This document shows positions 62,572 through 64,000 of a DNA stretch of 64,000 nucleotides, piece by piece; the stretch's first letter is position 1, and each line of letters begins with the position of its first letter. The notes below the pieces were generated by a model. It had not been told where the DNA came from and did not search any database. It worked only from the letters and a program-made list of their open reading frames with translations. This stretch comes from Chiloscyllium plagiosum. Its lineage: Eukaryota. Position numbers and translations under genes: made by a program. The stretch is from positions 25,334,056 through 25,398,055 of the forward strand of contig NC_057742.1 in assembly GCF_004010195.1 (NCBI RefSeq). Reading direction: 5' to 3'.

Positions 62572-62698
62572 TTGCTGTATTCTTTCCACAATATTCAGAC
62601 ACAATGTTCTCTCAATTGCTTCTTTGCACTTGACTATCTCCTGCTTGGAAGAATGACCAGAAATGGTCACTGTATCAGGTTGCATTTTGATCAAAGAA
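62572..62698 (-). CDS. Putative host exon (SLIKMQPDTVTISGHSSKQEIVKCKEAIERTLCLNIVERIQQ)
   Basis: Acceptor TTATCCTTGTGTAG, 127 bp open, phase 2-0. Donor CAA|GTTGGG is weak. Confidence 0.65.
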
Positions 62699-62719
62699 CT
62701 ACACAAGGATAATAACTTA

Positions 62720-62850
62720 AAACAAAGAACAGCTGAAACTGGAGATCTGAAACAAAAGCAAGAATTGCTGGTGAAACACAACAGGTCTGGCAGCACCTGT
62801 GGGAAGAAAGCAAAATTAACATTTCAAATCTGGTGACTCTGATAAAGTCA
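62720..62850 (-). mobile_element. Penelope-like pLTR tail fragment
   Basis: CTGGAGATCTGAAACAAAAGCAAGAATTGCTGG..AGGTCTGGCAGCACCTGTGG. Confidence 0.6.
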
Positions 62851-63436
62851 CACGGATGTCAGTTATTGGATTCTTACTGTATATATATCTTCCTTTTCTC
62901 TAATAAAGAGGTTTCGGACCTTTCAAATTGTCCTTTTACCTTAGTTAGAAATCATAAACTGACAAGAACTAAGCCTAATGAAAAGGATAGAACCATAGAT
63001 AATTGACAGTTTAGGGAAACAGTCAGGACAGAGAGGAAGGTGACAATTACAAATTGATCAAGTATTCCTTAAACCAATTAGTTATAAGTCTCATCTGGCC
63101 TAGATTAATCAGATGATATAATTGATTATGCTGTGGGTTGCAACTTGAAAAGAATTAATCAACAACAGCTTTCAATAGCATGCAGAAGGTTGAAAGTGAA
63201 GTTATTCTGCTGTCCAACCAGAAACTGAAGTTCCTCAAGGTACTGGAGAGAAACCTGAGACCAAATATTGACCTGTGTCCTAAGCTAAGTGAGAAAGCAA
63301 GAACCATAGTACACCCATAAAGCTGCTGCCCTGTGATATTTATTAGATATTAATCATAAACAAAGTTGCCGGAGTTACTGCACTAGACTGTCGCCTATTG
63401 TCTTATTGGTCAAAGTCTTTAATGAACTAATCAATA

Positions 63437-63653
63437 CAGTTCATTCTGCTATAAGGTCAATGCAAATTCACTGTAATGTGATTACTGAATTGGGGATGTT
63501 GTTTGTAAAACGTGAACTTTTAAAACGTGCATTGGCTGTAACAGGATTACATCTCAACATCTCAATATTTTAAGCGCTGTTTCTAAAGCGTGATTTTTCT
63601 ATAACATGGGGTTGCACAGGAATGCAACCATCACCTTATAGAAGAGTTGACTG
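63437..63653. mobile_element. Tc1/pogo (Tigger-like) MITE
   Basis: Imperfect TIRs CAGTTCATTCTGCTATAAGG / CCTTATAGAAGAGTTGACTG, preceded by TA. Confidence 0.65.
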
Positions 63654-64000
63654 TTTTGGGATTGATGATTAAGTGATAAAACCTGGAACTTACGTATGGC
63701 CAAAATCCCATATTAGTTTTCACTCCTCCTACCTTTTGAAAGACTGGCGTCATGATAAACTGTCTGAGCTTGAAGGAGTGACAGGAAACCTGATACTGAC
63801 CAGTGTAATCTTCTTCTGGTCACACAGATTTAGCATTTATGGAGCATTACATCTTTCTGTGTATGTAAGGCTAATAACTCTTTAAAGGATCAGAAGGCTC
63901 ACCATGAGAAAGGAATGTGACATCTTTATTCATCATATATTTTGAAAATAGGTCAAGTTAAGGCTTAGGGGTGTATTTTCCAAGGAGTATCAGCAGAAAC

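Noticed and set aside
55004-62698. Faint resemblance of the predicted peptide to MEI4 (ERTL..MNQ, DAF)
   Set aside because: Only a few scattered residues recalled from memory, and the many small exons do not fit. No symbol assigned.
63903-64000. Minus-strand donor ATG|GTGAGC as a candidate upstream exon
   Set aside because: The frame needed to join 62698 has stops and there is no suitable acceptor.

Overview
Eukaryotic, repeat-rich genomic DNA from a cartilaginous fish, most likely a shark. This follows from abundant HE1-type tRNA-SINEs and HER1/CR1 LINEs that share a 3' tail. Most ORFs in the supplied track are fragments of decayed mobile elements: CR1/HER1, L2, Tx1-like, Penelope-like (GIY-YIG), a SCAN-gag Gypsy/Gmr1-like LTR element, PIF/Harbinger and MITEs. 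One 881-N assembly gap lies inside a CR1. On the minus strand between ~62.7 kb and ~41.0 kb, 8-9 small GT-AG exons splice with compatible phases into one open frame of ~260 aa. This appears to be the C-terminal part of a host protein that I cannot name. Other points of interest are hammerhead-ribozyme-like cores in at least three Penelope-like families (including very short TSD-flanked fold-back inserts), fossils of both Harbinger genes, a ~355 bp inverted duplication, two unrelated tandem duplications that both have a 201-bp unit, and a double perfect hairpin at a SINE 5' junction. Boundaries of old repeats are approximate and all calls were made by eye.
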